DNA from: an uncultured Candidatus Saccharibacteria bacterium
GTDB taxonomy: Bacteria > Patescibacteriota > Minisyncoccia > Phycocordibacterales > Phycocordibacteraceae
DNA length: 60,535 bases
NCBI GenBank assembly: GCA_964651935.1
Contig: CAZYZM010000001.1
Span: forward strand, 1 to 60,535
Direction: 5' to 3'
Shown here: positions 1 through 8,482 of the stretch, piece after piece
Layout of the letters: the number at the start of each line of letters is the position of its first letter
Position numbering within the stretch: the first letter of the stretch is position 1
Notes under the pieces: model-generated
Databases searched by the model: none
What the model was told of the DNA's origin: nothing
The model's input: only the letters and a program-made list of their open reading frames with translations
Made by a program: the position numbers and the translations under genes

Positions 1-55
1 AACCGGAGACCTCATCCTTACCATGGATGCGCTCTACCAACTGAGCTACATCGGC
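1..55 (-). tRNA. tRNA-Thr (anticodon GGT), 3' part cut off by the window edge
   Basis: Reverse complement reads GCCGATG-TA-GCTC-AGTTGGTA-GAGC-G-CATCC-ATGGTAA-GGATG-AGGTC-TCCGG. This gives the acceptor 5' strand, D arm, anticodon arm (loop AUGGUAA, anticodon GGU) and the start of the T arm. Confidence 0.8.
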
Positions 56-98
56 TTATGAAGGAACCTCTGTAGAGTACGGTATCTCGTGAAGTTTT

Positions 99-806
99 TC
101 AATCCGCAGCTTTCTGCAGGTACGCCACCCAGTAACTCCGCCGGTACCGCCGTCCTGCGACAGTCGCGTAGTGCTCGACGCGCTCGAGGGAACGGATGGC
201 GAGGTACGGCGCGTACGCTGCCGTGAACGACGCGCGCGAGAAGACCTTCTCTATGAGACCGAGGTCAGGGTGCACGTAGGTATCTGGGTCAGGCCCCGGA
301 AACCGCTTCACGAGCTCGCGCGCGTTCGGGTCGCCTTCCGAAGACAGCGCGCGCACGAAGAGATGCCCGCCAGGCGCGAGCACCCGCTGCAGCTCGCGCA
401 GGCATACCTGACGCTGCCTATCGCTCAATGAATTGGAAGACGTTACGTCGAGCGCGATATCCACGGACGCGTCCGGCAGCGGATACGGCGCGCCGATATC
501 CTGCAGGCAGTAGTCTATGGAAAGCCCTTCCTCCTGCGCATGCGCCTTGGCGAGCGCGAGCGCCGTGGGTGCGAACTCGAAGCCGGTTACCCGAGCGCCC
601 TCCCGTGCGAAGTACGCGCTGTTGCGGCCCGTGCCCGAACCGAGGTCGAGCACGCGCATACCCTCAAGATCGAGCCGTTCGCCCGCCTTTCGGCGCTCCT
701 TCTTGAGCCAGCGCACGAAGCGCATCACCTCGGCGTGCGGCACCGTGCTCGGCGAGAGCAGCTGTTGCGCCGTATATTCCCGCTCCCATGCGTCCTGCTG
801 GTCCAT
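99..806 (-). CDS. class I SAM-dependent methyltransferase
   Basis: 235-aa ORF with SAM-binding motif I VLDLGSGTGRNS, followed by an acidic motif II (VTGFEF) and LAPGGHLFV (post-I/III-like). Confidence 0.8.
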   Translation of the reverse strand: MDQQDAWEREYTAQQLLSPSTVPHAEVMRFVRWLKKERRKAGERLDLEGMRVLDLGSGTGRNSAYFAREGARVTGFEFAPTALALAKAHAQEEGLSIDYCLQDIGAPYPLPDASVDIALDVTSSNSLSDRQRQVCLRELQRVLAPGGHLFVRALSSEGDPNARELVKRFPGPDPDTYVHPDLGLIEKVFSRASFTAAYAPYLAIRSLERVEHYATVAGRRYRRSYWVAYLQKAAD

Positions 807-835
807 ATATTAGCCTTGTACCACAGAACCGCCGC

Positions 836-1852
836 TTACGGCAGCAGGACGCGCACCGCATCCGCCGTAACGCGGTACGCGCGCACGAAGGAGTCGTCCA
901 CATGCGCGTAGAGGACGCTCTCCCCGCTTCCGGTCTCGATGAACTGGCTGGCGAACGTGATCGTCGTCGCCTCAGGATCCTCGATGACCGGCAGGGGCGA
1001 GACCCAGCAGATCTCGCCATGCTCGTAATCGTATAGGAAAAGGCCGACGGCGAAGGTGCCGAAGACGACCTGCTCGTTATGCACGCGGTCGTGGGAACGT
1101 CCGTTCAGGAATCCGGCCAGCCTACCCTCCCCCACGTCGATGAACGAGCGCGGCAGGAAGGGCCCGGGCGAGGCGTGCCCGCCTGTCCACGGGATACCCG
1201 CCTTCGCCGGATGCAGCAGCGTCGCGCCGTATTCCCACGGCAGCCCGTGCCCGCGCGCCTTCGCCACGCGCACCGTCGAGTACGCAGAGCGTTCCGTGCC
1301 GGAGGCGTTCGATTCGATGAGGTGGCGGTACAGGCCGTCCGCAGCCTGCGGAGCGAGCGAGACTTCCTTCGCCGTCTTGCCCGGATGCATGAGCGCCGGC
1401 TCGGTCATGCACAAGCGCGCGAGGTCAGGTCCTTCCGCATGGCCAAGATATATCCGGCTCTTCCCACTCGCGCGGTTCACGAGCGGGATAGTGCAGTACA
1501 GGTGGAGCATCCCGTCCGCGCCTATGGCGAGGTCAGGGTCCTCAAGGCCGAGGAACTCATATCCGTCCGGCAGCAAGGGGCCGATGGCGCGGTCCTCGTT
1601 CTCTATGAAGAGCCGCTCCCCGATATCGTATTCATAGGCGCCGGCGGCGCTCACCAAGTGCAGTTCGCTCCGGTCTATAAAGCCGGATACCGCCACGCTC
1701 CCCTCACGGCTCGTGATGCAGCGGATGACGCCGTCCCGGTACCCTGTCTGCGGATTGAGCGCCAGCGCCATGACATGCCGGAACCGGCCGCGCGGGTGCA
1801 CGGCGCGCCCGGGGAGCGCAGGAAAGGGGCTTTCACGATCAGCGAGCGGCAT
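836..1852 (-). CDS. hypothetical protein, possibly a beta-propeller glycosidase/phosphorylase-like fold
   Basis: ORF 836..2176, trimmed to the ATG at 1852 (alternative 1771) because the in-frame upstream part is Arg/His-rich and overlaps the MATE gene. The C-terminal ITFASQF...LYAHVDDSFV loosely recalls GH130/DUF377-type propellers. The function is a weak guess. Confidence 0.55.
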   Translation of the reverse strand: MPLADRESPFPALPGRAVHPRGRFRHVMALALNPQTGYRDGVIRCITSREGSVAVSGFIDRSELHLVSAAGAYEYDIGERLFIENEDRAIGPLLPDGYEFLGLEDPDLAIGADGMLHLYCTIPLVNRASGKSRIYLGHAEGPDLARLCMTEPALMHPGKTAKEVSLAPQAADGLYRHLIESNASGTERSAYSTVRVAKARGHGLPWEYGATLLHPAKAGIPWTGGHASPGPFLPRSFIDVGEGRLAGFLNGRSHDRVHNEQVVFGTFAVGLFLYDYEHGEICWVSPLPVIEDPEATTITFASQFIETGSGESVLYAHVDDSFVRAYRVTADAVRVLLP

Positions 1853-1923
1853 ACCGGAGAAGAAAGACAGTATCCGCAGGAACGGCTTAAGCTTGCGTGA
1901 ATGCGCAGCGCTGCGCCCTACTC

Positions 1924-3381
1924 TTACTGCCGGGCGGTGAACGCCTCTTCGGCGAGGATCTCTTCCGTCACGAGCTCTTCCAGCTCTTCTTCCCGCTTTT
2001 CTTCCGGCGTGATGCCTACCGTGAGACGCTTCCTCTTCCAGTCGCCCTTCGCGAATACGGCCATGGTGATGAAGGCGGTGATGGCGTTGGCGAGCGGGAA
2101 GGCCAGCCAGAGGCCGAAGGTGCCGAGCGACGTATGCTTCGAAAGGAGGTATGCCAACGGGAACTGCAGCACCCACTGCGACACCATCGTGAGTATCATG
2201 GTCGTCACCATGTTCCCTGAGGCGCGCAACACGCCCGAGAGCGCCATCTGCACGCCGATGAATCCCCAGGCGAGCGCCATGGTACGCAGGAATACCGCGC
2301 CTGCGGCGACGATCTCAGGACTGTCCGGGACGAAGAACCCGACCAGGTACGGGGCGGCTATGAAGGCGACGAGGCCGACGGCCTCGAGCACCCAGAAGCC
2401 GAGCCAGGCGCCGACGCGGCCGATGCGCGCCGCGCGCTCGATGTTCCCTGCGCCGATGTTCTGTCCCACCATCGCCGAGATGGCCATCGAGAGGCCGAGC
2501 GCGGGGATGATGACGACCTGGAGCACGTTCGCGCCCACGCCGTACGCGGCGACCGTGAGAGTGCCGAAGCTCGTGATGAGGAAGGTCATTACCGTGAGCG
2601 ACAGCGCGCGCATCGACATCTCGATGGACGACGGGAAGCCCAGGAAGAAGGCGCGCTTCACGTAGGAAAGGTCCGGCGCGAGGTCCTTCAGGTGGAGCCG
2701 TATGCCGTACCGGCCGCTGAAGAGCAGGCCGACCCCTATGAGCGCGGCGATGCTCTGCGTGATGAGGGTCGCGATGGCTGCGCCCATGACGCCCGCCGCA
2801 GGGAACGGGCCCCAGCCGAAGATAAAGAGCGGGTCCAACAGGAAGTTCAGGAGCACCGTCCCGAAGACGATGTAGACCGGCGCGTTCACGTGGCCGGTGC
2901 CGCGCATGATGGACTGGAACATCGAGAATGTGAAGACGAAGATGAGTCCGACGAAGGAGACGCGCATGAAGCCGAGCGCCGCGGCGTACACGGCCGGCGT
3001 AACGCCCATGAGGTGCAGGAACGTCGGCGCCAGGAAGAAGCCGAGCGACCCGAGCACGGCCGAGGCGAGGAATATCATGACGATCGTCTGACCGGCCACA
3101 TGGTCGACCATCTTCTGGTTCTTCGCGCCGACGTACTGCGCGATGAGGGTCGAGCCGGCGATAGCCAGGCCGGCGCCGAGCGAGATGGTCAGGAAGGTGA
3201 ACGGGAACGAGACCGAGACGGCGGCGACAGCGTCGACGCCCAGGCGGCCGACCCAGAAAGCGTCGATGAGCTGGTATCCGGCCTGCAGGATGTTCGCGAG
3301 CACGATAGGGATCGCGACCTTCACGAGCGAGCGTAGGATAGGCCCTTCGAGGAAGGGGTTGTGGGCGCGTGCGGTATCCAT
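1924..3381 (-). CDS. MATE family efflux transporter
   Basis: 485 aa with about 12 hydrophobic helices. MATE-like N-terminus LRSLVKVAIPIVLANILQAGYQLIDAFWVGRLG and an internally duplicated architecture. Confidence 0.85.
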   Translation of the reverse strand: MDTARAHNPFLEGPILRSLVKVAIPIVLANILQAGYQLIDAFWVGRLGVDAVAAVSVSFPFTFLTISLGAGLAIAGSTLIAQYVGAKNQKMVDHVAGQTIVMIFLASAVLGSLGFFLAPTFLHLMGVTPAVYAAALGFMRVSFVGLIFVFTFSMFQSIMRGTGHVNAPVYIVFGTVLLNFLLDPLFIFGWGPFPAAGVMGAAIATLITQSIAALIGVGLLFSGRYGIRLHLKDLAPDLSYVKRAFFLGFPSSIEMSMRALSLTVMTFLITSFGTLTVAAYGVGANVLQVVIIPALGLSMAISAMVGQNIGAGNIERAARIGRVGAWLGFWVLEAVGLVAFIAAPYLVGFFVPDSPEIVAAGAVFLRTMALAWGFIGVQMALSGVLRASGNMVTTMILTMVSQWVLQFPLAYLLSKHTSLGTFGLWLAFPLANAITAFITMAVFAKGDWKRKRLTVGITPEEKREEELEELVTEEILAEEAFTARQ

Positions 3382-3383
3382 AG

Positions 3384-3635
3384 CTAGCGCTTATTCACAG
3401 CGATATCGAAGAGCTCGCGCATCTCGGTGAGGCGCTCTGCCATGTGCTCGAAGCGCGATGCCGGGATGAGCGTTACGCCCCCGCCGCGCGCAAGCGCGAC
3501 CAGCTTCTCTCCTTTCTCGAGCTTGAGCGTGTCACGGATGTCGGCAGGGATGACGACCTGGCCGCGCTCGCCCATAGAGGTAACGCCGAACGTGCCCGGA
3601 TGGCTTCCCTTCTTGTGTTTCGTGTTCTTTTCCAT
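3384..3635 (-). CDS. AbrB/MazE/SpoVT-family DNA-binding protein
   Basis: 83 aa with the swapped-hairpin motif ERGQVVIPADIRDTLKLEKGEKLV. The stop lies 3 nt upstream of the MATE start codon. Confidence 0.75.
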   Translation of the reverse strand: MEKNTKHKKGSHPGTFGVTSMGERGQVVIPADIRDTLKLEKGEKLVALARGGGVTLIPASRFEHMAERLTEMRELFDIAVNKR

Positions 3636-3637
3636 AT

Positions 3638-3662
3638 GTATGAATAATCATACTATTCATAC
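3638..3662. promoter_or_regulatory. inverted repeat (GTATGAAT-N9-ATTCATAC) abutting the AbrB-like start codon; candidate operator
   Basis: 8-bp perfect arms read directly at 3638-3645 and 3655-3662, in an AT-rich stretch 3 nt upstream of the ATG at 3635. Confidence 0.4.
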
Positions 3663-3697
3663 TTCTGAAATGCAAGCCTGCGGATGCGGATGCAGCG

Positions 3698-3725
3698 AAA
3701 AAGGGAGCCTTCCGGCTCCCTTTTT
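3698..3725 (-). terminator. intrinsic terminator hairpin (bidirectional look) after the tRNA pair
   Basis: AAAAA-GGGAGCC-TTCC-GGCTCCC-TTTTT: a 7-bp GC stem flanked by A and T runs. Confidence 0.7.
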
Positions 3726-3734
3726 CGCGTTCGG

Positions 3735-3808
3735 CGCAGTCGACGGGACTTGAACCCGCAACCTCCCGCGTGACAGGCGGGTGCTCTAACCAGTTGAGCT
3801 ACGACTGC
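3735..3808 (-). tRNA. tRNA-Asp (anticodon GTC)
   Basis: The reverse complement folds as a cloverleaf. Acceptor GCAGTCG/CGACTGC, anticodon stem CCCGC/GCGGG with loop CUGUCAC, and T arm GCGGG-TTCAAGT-CCCGT. CCA is not encoded. Confidence 0.9.
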
Positions 3809-3883
3809 ATTCCGGCGCCAAAGCGCTTCATCGAATATACCGTCTTATGCCTCCTGAAACAAGGCTCCGACTCCCTATCCGAC

Positions 3884-3960
3884 TGGTGTCGGGGGTGGGG
3901 AATGATCCCACGACCTTAGCGTTATGAGTGCTACGCTCTAACCAACTGAGCTACCCCGAC
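3884..3960 (-). tRNA. tRNA with CAT anticodon (elongator Met or Ile2), CCA encoded, atypical T loop
   Basis: Reverse complement is GTCGGGG-TA-GCTC-AGTTGGTTA-GAGC-G-TAGCA-CTCATAA-CGCTA-AGGTC-GTGGG-ATCATTC-CCCAC-CCCCGAC-A-CCA. The G1-C72 pair argues against an initiator. Confidence 0.85.
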
Positions 3961-4092
3961 GTATTGTGAAGCGTACTATCTTTGCGCCCTGTTTTCAAGA
4001 CAATCAGCCTCTTTCATTTGACATGATGGATAAATACTTGTATTTTCTTACCAGCTTCTTCTATCCCCGCTCTTTGAGAGAAAGGACATCAC

Positions 4093-4737
4093 GTGAATCA
4101 CTGCATCGTACACCGCGGCCTCGTCGGCTGCTCGCTCGCCGTACTGCAGGAAGCGTATCTTCCAGAACTTCTGCAATTAGTGAACGATCCGAAGGTGACT
4201 GAAGGAGTCCACCTGACGCCGCCCATCGGCATGCAGGAGGAGCTTGATTGGATTCGGAACCTGCCGAAGAGCAAGGGTATCAATTCCATCTTCGCGGTAC
4301 TTCGCCATGACCAAGATGGCGAGCATTTGCGATATACGTACATCGGCCATACAGGAATTCACGGGATTCGCTGGCCGAGCGGCGTCGGGATAACAGGCTC
4401 TCTATTAGGCAGCCTGGATAACCTGAACAAAGGGTACGGGACCGAAGCGAAGCTCCTGCTTCAGTACCACGCCTTCAAGATTCTCGGGCTCCGGAAACTC
4501 ATTTCCAGCGTGAATGCGTTCAATGCGCGAAGTCTCGGGCATCTTATTAAGTGCGGATACCACATCGTAGGCCGCTATACCGATCAAGAATCTTATAATG
4601 GCGGGTATGCGGACGAAATCCTGCTCGAGATATTCCGCAAGGACTGGGAACCGATATGGGAGCAGTATCAGACTACTCGTACACTGCCGAAGCTCACGGA
4701 AGCGCAGCGCGAACTCGTCCGTAAAGAGACTGTATAA
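4093..4737 (+). CDS. GNAT family N-acetyltransferase (RimJ/RimL-like)
   Basis: 214 aa (GTG start). The acetyl-CoA binding region NKGYGTEAKLLLQYHAFKILGLRKLISSVNAFNARSLGHLIKCGY is typical of Acetyltransf_3-type GNATs. Confidence 0.75.
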   Translation: MNHCIVHRGLVGCSLAVLQEAYLPELLQLVNDPKVTEGVHLTPPIGMQEELDWIRNLPKSKGINSIFAVLRHDQDGEHLRYTYIGHTGIHGIRWPSGVGITGSLLGSLDNLNKGYGTEAKLLLQYHAFKILGLRKLISSVNAFNARSLGHLIKCGYHIVGRYTDQESYNGGYADEILLEIFRKDWEPIWEQYQTTRTLPKLTEAQRELVRKETV

Positions 4738-4753
4738 GAATGATATTGAACCT

Positions 4754-4780
4754 AGCCGCCCCTTCGGGCGGCTTTTCTTT
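4754..4780 (+). terminator. intrinsic terminator after the GNAT gene
   Basis: AGCCGCCC-CTTC-GGGCGGCT: an 8-bp stem followed by TTTCTTT. Confidence 0.8.
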
Positions 4781-5003
4781 ATGAATGTGCCAACCGGACG
4801 ACATACTCCACCAGCAGGAGCGGCGTGAACACGGCCATATAGAGGACCGCGGCCTTCCGGAAGAAATCGTTCACCAGAAGGTACATGATGCGGTCGAGGA
4901 AGCGTTCGAACCGCTCGCCGAAGGGCATGACGAGGCCGCCGAGGTGGTTCTCGAGCCACTGAGGTCCGCCCCCGCCTGAATGCGCGTCGTGATGCTGAGA
5001 CAT
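4779..5003 (-). CDS. hypothetical small protein with a hydrophobic C-terminus
   Basis: 74-aa ORF beginning 7 nt after the stop of the upstream coiled-coil ORF. No recognisable motif and no clear RBS. Confidence 0.35.
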   Translation of the reverse strand: MSQHHDAHSGGGGPQWLENHLGGLVMPFGERFERFLDRIMYLLVNDFFRKAAVLYMAVFTPLLLVEYVVRLAHS

Positions 5004-5010
5004 GCCGTGC

Positions 5011-5340
5011 TTACGCGATCCTTAGCTCGAACGTACGTATACGCTTTCCGTGGTCGATGAGGGTGACTGAATTGGCGTCGACCGCCTGCGCAGTATCGCC
5101 CAGCAATTCCTTCACGTCCTCCATACCTACTTCGAGATTCCCTACCCGCCGGTTCAGTTCATGGGTGACGGACTTCAGCTCATGAACATCAAGCTTCAGC
5201 TCGGGGACATCTGCTCTCAAACTACTGGTATCAGCAATAAGACGCGCAAATCCGTTGCGCATCTCAACAACCAGATTTGCCACCGTATCAGTAAGCGTAT
5301 CCAATCTGCTCTCAATTGTCATAAATCGCGCCTCGCTCAT
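5011..5340 (-). CDS. hypothetical coiled-coil protein
   Basis: 109 aa with heptad-like repeats (VPELKLDVHELKSVTHELNRRVGNLEV). No enzymatic motif. Confidence 0.5.
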   Translation of the reverse strand: MSEARFMTIESRLDTLTDTVANLVVEMRNGFARLIADTSSLRADVPELKLDVHELKSVTHELNRRVGNLEVGMEDVKELLGDTAQAVDANSVTLIDHGKRIRTFELRIA

Positions 5341-5405
5341 AAAAACAGTATATCACCGCGTACTTTACGGAGGTCTTCCGTCGCTATCCACAACAGATTC
5401 TTTTT

Positions 5406-5427
5406 CTCTATCTACTCTCTATCTACT
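5406..5427. repeat. tandem direct repeat, 2 x 11 bp (CTCTATCTACT)
   Basis: Read directly at 5406-5416 and 5417-5427. The repeat lies 66-87 nt upstream of the start codon at 5340 (minus strand). Confidence 0.9.
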
Positions 5428-5456
5428 CCTCAGCCTAGCGTCATGCGCGACCCAGC

Positions 5457-7106
5457 CTATGCCGCGCCCGCCGGAAGCTCCACGATGAACCGCGAACCCT
5501 TCCCCTTCCCCTCTGACTCCGCCCATACCTTGCCGCCGTGCGCCTCGATGATGTTCTTGACGATGTAGAGACCGAATCCGGTGGAATCCACGTTCACCTT
5601 CTGGCTCTCTGCACCGTGGCCGCCTTCGGTGAAGAGGAGCCGCATGTCTTCCGGCGTGATGCCGACGCCGGTGTCCTCGGTCATGAAGCGGATAGTCGTG
5701 CCGTCGGTCGAGAGCGTCGCCGCGATACTGCCCTGCGGCGTGTACTTCACCGCATTGTCCACGAGGTTCTTTATAGCGTTCTCCATCTGCATGCGGTCGC
5801 CCGTGAGCATGATAGGCTCGGACGGCTCGGAAAGCGTGAACGCGACGCCCTTTGCCTCGGCGACCGGCTTCTGCGCCGCGACGATGCCGTCTACGAGCTG
5901 CTTGAAATCGAACGGCTCGTTGGCATACGCGACCTTTCCGCTCTTTATGTTCGCGGCATTCAGGATGTCCTGGATCGTATCTGCGCCCTGGGTCGAAGAC
6001 TTGAACCCTTCCTCGACGATGTCCTTCATGCCCTGCGGCGTCGTGCCGAAGTCGCCTTCCAGGATCATGGAGAAGATGTTGCGCGACTTGGTCACGAAGC
6101 CCTTGAGCTGGTGGGTGATGAAGCGCAGGAGCGCGACCTGCTGCTTGTTGGCGGTCTCGAGGTCATGGGCGAGGAGCTCGATGCGCTGCCGCTGCTCTAT
6201 CTCGCGCTTCACGCTGCGGACGAGGACAAAGCCGACGATTATAGTGAGCAGAAGCGTGACGCCGATGAGAATCAGGTTCGTCGGATTGCGCGTGAAGGTA
6301 AGCTCGGAAGCGATGAGGATGACGAGTGCGATGACGAGCGCTTGCGAAGCGATGAGGCTGGCATGGAATGTCTTGAAGCGTACAAGGAATATGCCGATAA
6401 AGACCATGAACACGATCATGCCGAAGTATCCGTACACTTCGAGCTGTGAATCTGGCAGGAAGCCGATCGTTGTAAGGTACGCGCCCAAGAACTCAACTGT
6501 ATAGAAGGAGAAGAGGAACAGCTCGATGCCGATTCCCATAAGTACGATTTCCTTCTTCATCCCCGGCTCCGCCTTGCGGTACTTCCAGATGAGCAGCCCC
6601 AGTATCCATAGCATCGCGAGCGCGCCAAGCGAGGAGTAATAGGCTTGGAATATAGGGTTCTCAAATCCGAATGCGTCGCAATTCGTGATGTTGAATCCAT
6701 GCAGGCTGAGCTCCGTCGGGGCAATCACGATAGTGGCGCCGACAAGCGCGAGGAAGATAAGCTTCAAGCCGACATGCACATCCTTCTTTTCAAGAAAGAC
6801 GTAGATAAAATATATACTCAGCACTGATATGAGCGCCTGTAGCGGACCGAAGAAGGACCACGAAAAGAGGATGAGATCGCTGTGGATGTTGGTCCAGCTT
6901 ATAAGGTCGAAGAATATCCAAAGGGAGAAAGATGCGCAGATTCCCAAAAGCAGCCGGTTGAGCAAGGACTTTCTATCGTTCAGAAAGACGAAGATTCCCA
7001 CCAGAAGCGGAATAATGATTGCGGGAATGTGCGAGTAATAGATGATTCCAGGCAGATCCGAAACATAAAAGAGGTACAGTGGTTCAGCGAAGTAGTTGCA
7101 GATCAT
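5457..7106 (-). CDS. sensor histidine kinase with a multi-helix (7TM-type) membrane N-terminus
   Basis: 549 aa. About 7-8 hydrophobic helices, then H-box LLRFITHQLKGFV, N-box NLVDNAVKYT, and G-boxes EDTGVGI and GFGLYIV. Confidence 0.9.
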   Translation of the reverse strand: MICNYFAEPLYLFYVSDLPGIIYYSHIPAIIIPLLVGIFVFLNDRKSLLNRLLLGICASFSLWIFFDLISWTNIHSDLILFSWSFFGPLQALISVLSIYFIYVFLEKKDVHVGLKLIFLALVGATIVIAPTELSLHGFNITNCDAFGFENPIFQAYYSSLGALAMLWILGLLIWKYRKAEPGMKKEIVLMGIGIELFLFSFYTVEFLGAYLTTIGFLPDSQLEVYGYFGMIVFMVFIGIFLVRFKTFHASLIASQALVIALVILIASELTFTRNPTNLILIGVTLLLTIIVGFVLVRSVKREIEQRQRIELLAHDLETANKQQVALLRFITHQLKGFVTKSRNIFSMILEGDFGTTPQGMKDIVEEGFKSSTQGADTIQDILNAANIKSGKVAYANEPFDFKQLVDGIVAAQKPVAEAKGVAFTLSEPSEPIMLTGDRMQMENAIKNLVDNAVKYTPQGSIAATLSTDGTTIRFMTEDTGVGITPEDMRLLFTEGGHGAESQKVNVDSTGFGLYIVKNIIEAHGGKVWAESEGKGKGSRFIVELPAGAA

Positions 7107-7121
7107 ACGTGTGTCATATGC

Positions 7122-7487
7122 CTATTCATCTTCCGATACGGCCGCATTCGGTCCGATACATTCCCCATCGCTCTCAGGATCGCAGTATGAGACAGAGCAG
7201 CCGGTATCGCCCTCAAGACAGCTCTGCGCGGCCTCGCAGTCGGTTATGTCGACGCCGCACTCGCGTTCGATATCGGGCGCCCGCTTCTGCATGAGCGCGT
7301 AGGCGTACGTGCTCGTACATTCGTCATCGTCGCAGCCTGTGAAGCACGCCTGAGTCGCAGGATCGCAGTCGACCTCGTACTCGACCACGTAGTCATCGGC
7401 CACCATGAAGCGGTAATAGGAATACCCTGCGGCAAGGACGATGAGCAGGAGAACGGCGTATAGGAGGAAATGGCGGCGAAAATCCAT
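7122..7487 (-). CDS. membrane-anchored acidic Cys-rich protein (10 Cys), function unknown
   Basis: 121 aa with an N-terminal helix FLLYAVLLLIVLAAGYSYY, then 10 cysteines in an Asp/Glu-rich ectodomain. The stop lies 15 nt upstream of the kinase start. Confidence 0.6.
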   Translation of the reverse strand: MDFRRHFLLYAVLLLIVLAAGYSYYRFMVADDYVVEYEVDCDPATQACFTGCDDDECTSTYAYALMQKRAPDIERECGVDITDCEAAQSCLEGDTGCSVSYCDPESDGECIGPNAAVSEDE

Positions 7488-7558
7488 GAAATAGGTGCCT
7501 TACTAAAACTATAGCAAGTACCGGCCGACACAGAGGCGGGGGTGTGTATAGGGGCCAG

Positions 7559-8476
7559 CTAGGGCATGAACAGGATATACGTGCCGATTATCGTCACCAG
7601 CAGCGCGAATACCTTCTGGAAGATGTGCTTCTTGTACATGCGTTCCGAGACCAGTTCAGGAAGGGCGATAAAGAGATAGATGCTCAGAAGGAACGTGAAG
7701 ACCGGCTGATAGGACTCTGCCAGGAGAACGAGACCGATCGGGGCCAGGAGGTATGCGAACGAGAACGCTATGTTGCCGAGCATGTACAGGCTCTCATTCG
7801 CCACGTTCAAGAGCAGGATGCCCTTGGAATTCTCCCGCAGGGCGATGATGAAATGAGTCCGGTACCTTCGGATGAAGAGGAATATGCAGACACCGATGGC
7901 CGTGAGCATGAGGTGTTCCCAGAAGAGCGACCTGACGACGTTCTCTTCTAGAGCGACCGCCTTGAAGATGACCGACTCGAGTCCCCAAAAGAACGCCGCC
8001 ATGAGCATGAGGACTATAGTCTTTGCGCGCAGCTTGAAACGGCTCTCGACATCGAGCTCGAACGAAACCACGGCGGTACCCGCGATGATTATGGCCATAG
8101 CGATGACCTCTCGTGCGCTGAGCGTCTCGCCCAAGATGAAATAACCTAAAATAGCGGCAAAAACCGGGACAAGCTGATAGAAGACGACCGTAATAGACGC
8201 TTCTTCGTTCGCAAGCGCAGCAAGGTAGCACCAGAGCACGAGCGCGTTCAGGAGCCCGACTCCCGCAAGCGCGAGGATGTGCAGGCCGCTCACCTGGAAT
8301 ACGGTCGGGTCGACGAGAAACAGGAACGGCAATGCCAGAGCCGAAAGAAGAGCGGAAAAGATAATCAGCGTCCCTACTCCGCCCTCTTTGAAATACCGCT
8401 CAAGGAGAACCTTGTCGATATGGTTCGTCATCGCGTACAGGAAGGGGCCCACAAGGGCGAGGATGAACCAGGGCAT
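7559..8476 (-). CDS. EamA/DMT superfamily transporter
   Basis: 305 aa with about 10 hydrophobic helices in two similar halves, the typical EamA-repeat layout. Confidence 0.75.
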   Translation of the reverse strand: MPWFILALVGPFLYAMTNHIDKVLLERYFKEGGVGTLIIFSALLSALALPFLFLVDPTVFQVSGLHILALAGVGLLNALVLWCYLAALANEEASITVVFYQLVPVFAAILGYFILGETLSAREVIAMAIIIAGTAVVSFELDVESRFKLRAKTIVLMLMAAFFWGLESVIFKAVALEENVVRSLFWEHLMLTAIGVCIFLFIRRYRTHFIIALRENSKGILLLNVANESLYMLGNIAFSFAYLLAPIGLVLLAESYQPVFTFLLSIYLFIALPELVSERMYKKHIFQKVFALLVTIIGTYILFMP

Positions 8477-8482
8477 AAGATA

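Noticed and set aside
1853-2176. N-terminal extensions of several ORFs in the track (836..2176, 19174..20001, 38394..39119, 55065..56795, 56278..58884, 60023..60466, 41373..41957)
   Set aside because: The extra upstream codons are Arg/His/Gly-rich and overlap neighbouring genes or tRNAs. In every case an internal ATG or GTG gives a sensible signal peptide, prepilin leader or conserved N-terminus. Starts were trimmed accordingly.
4405-4959. 184-aa minus-strand ORF
   Set aside because: It overlaps most of the GNAT gene on the opposite strand and crosses its terminator. Only the non-overlapping 74-aa ORF (4779..5003) was kept, at low confidence.
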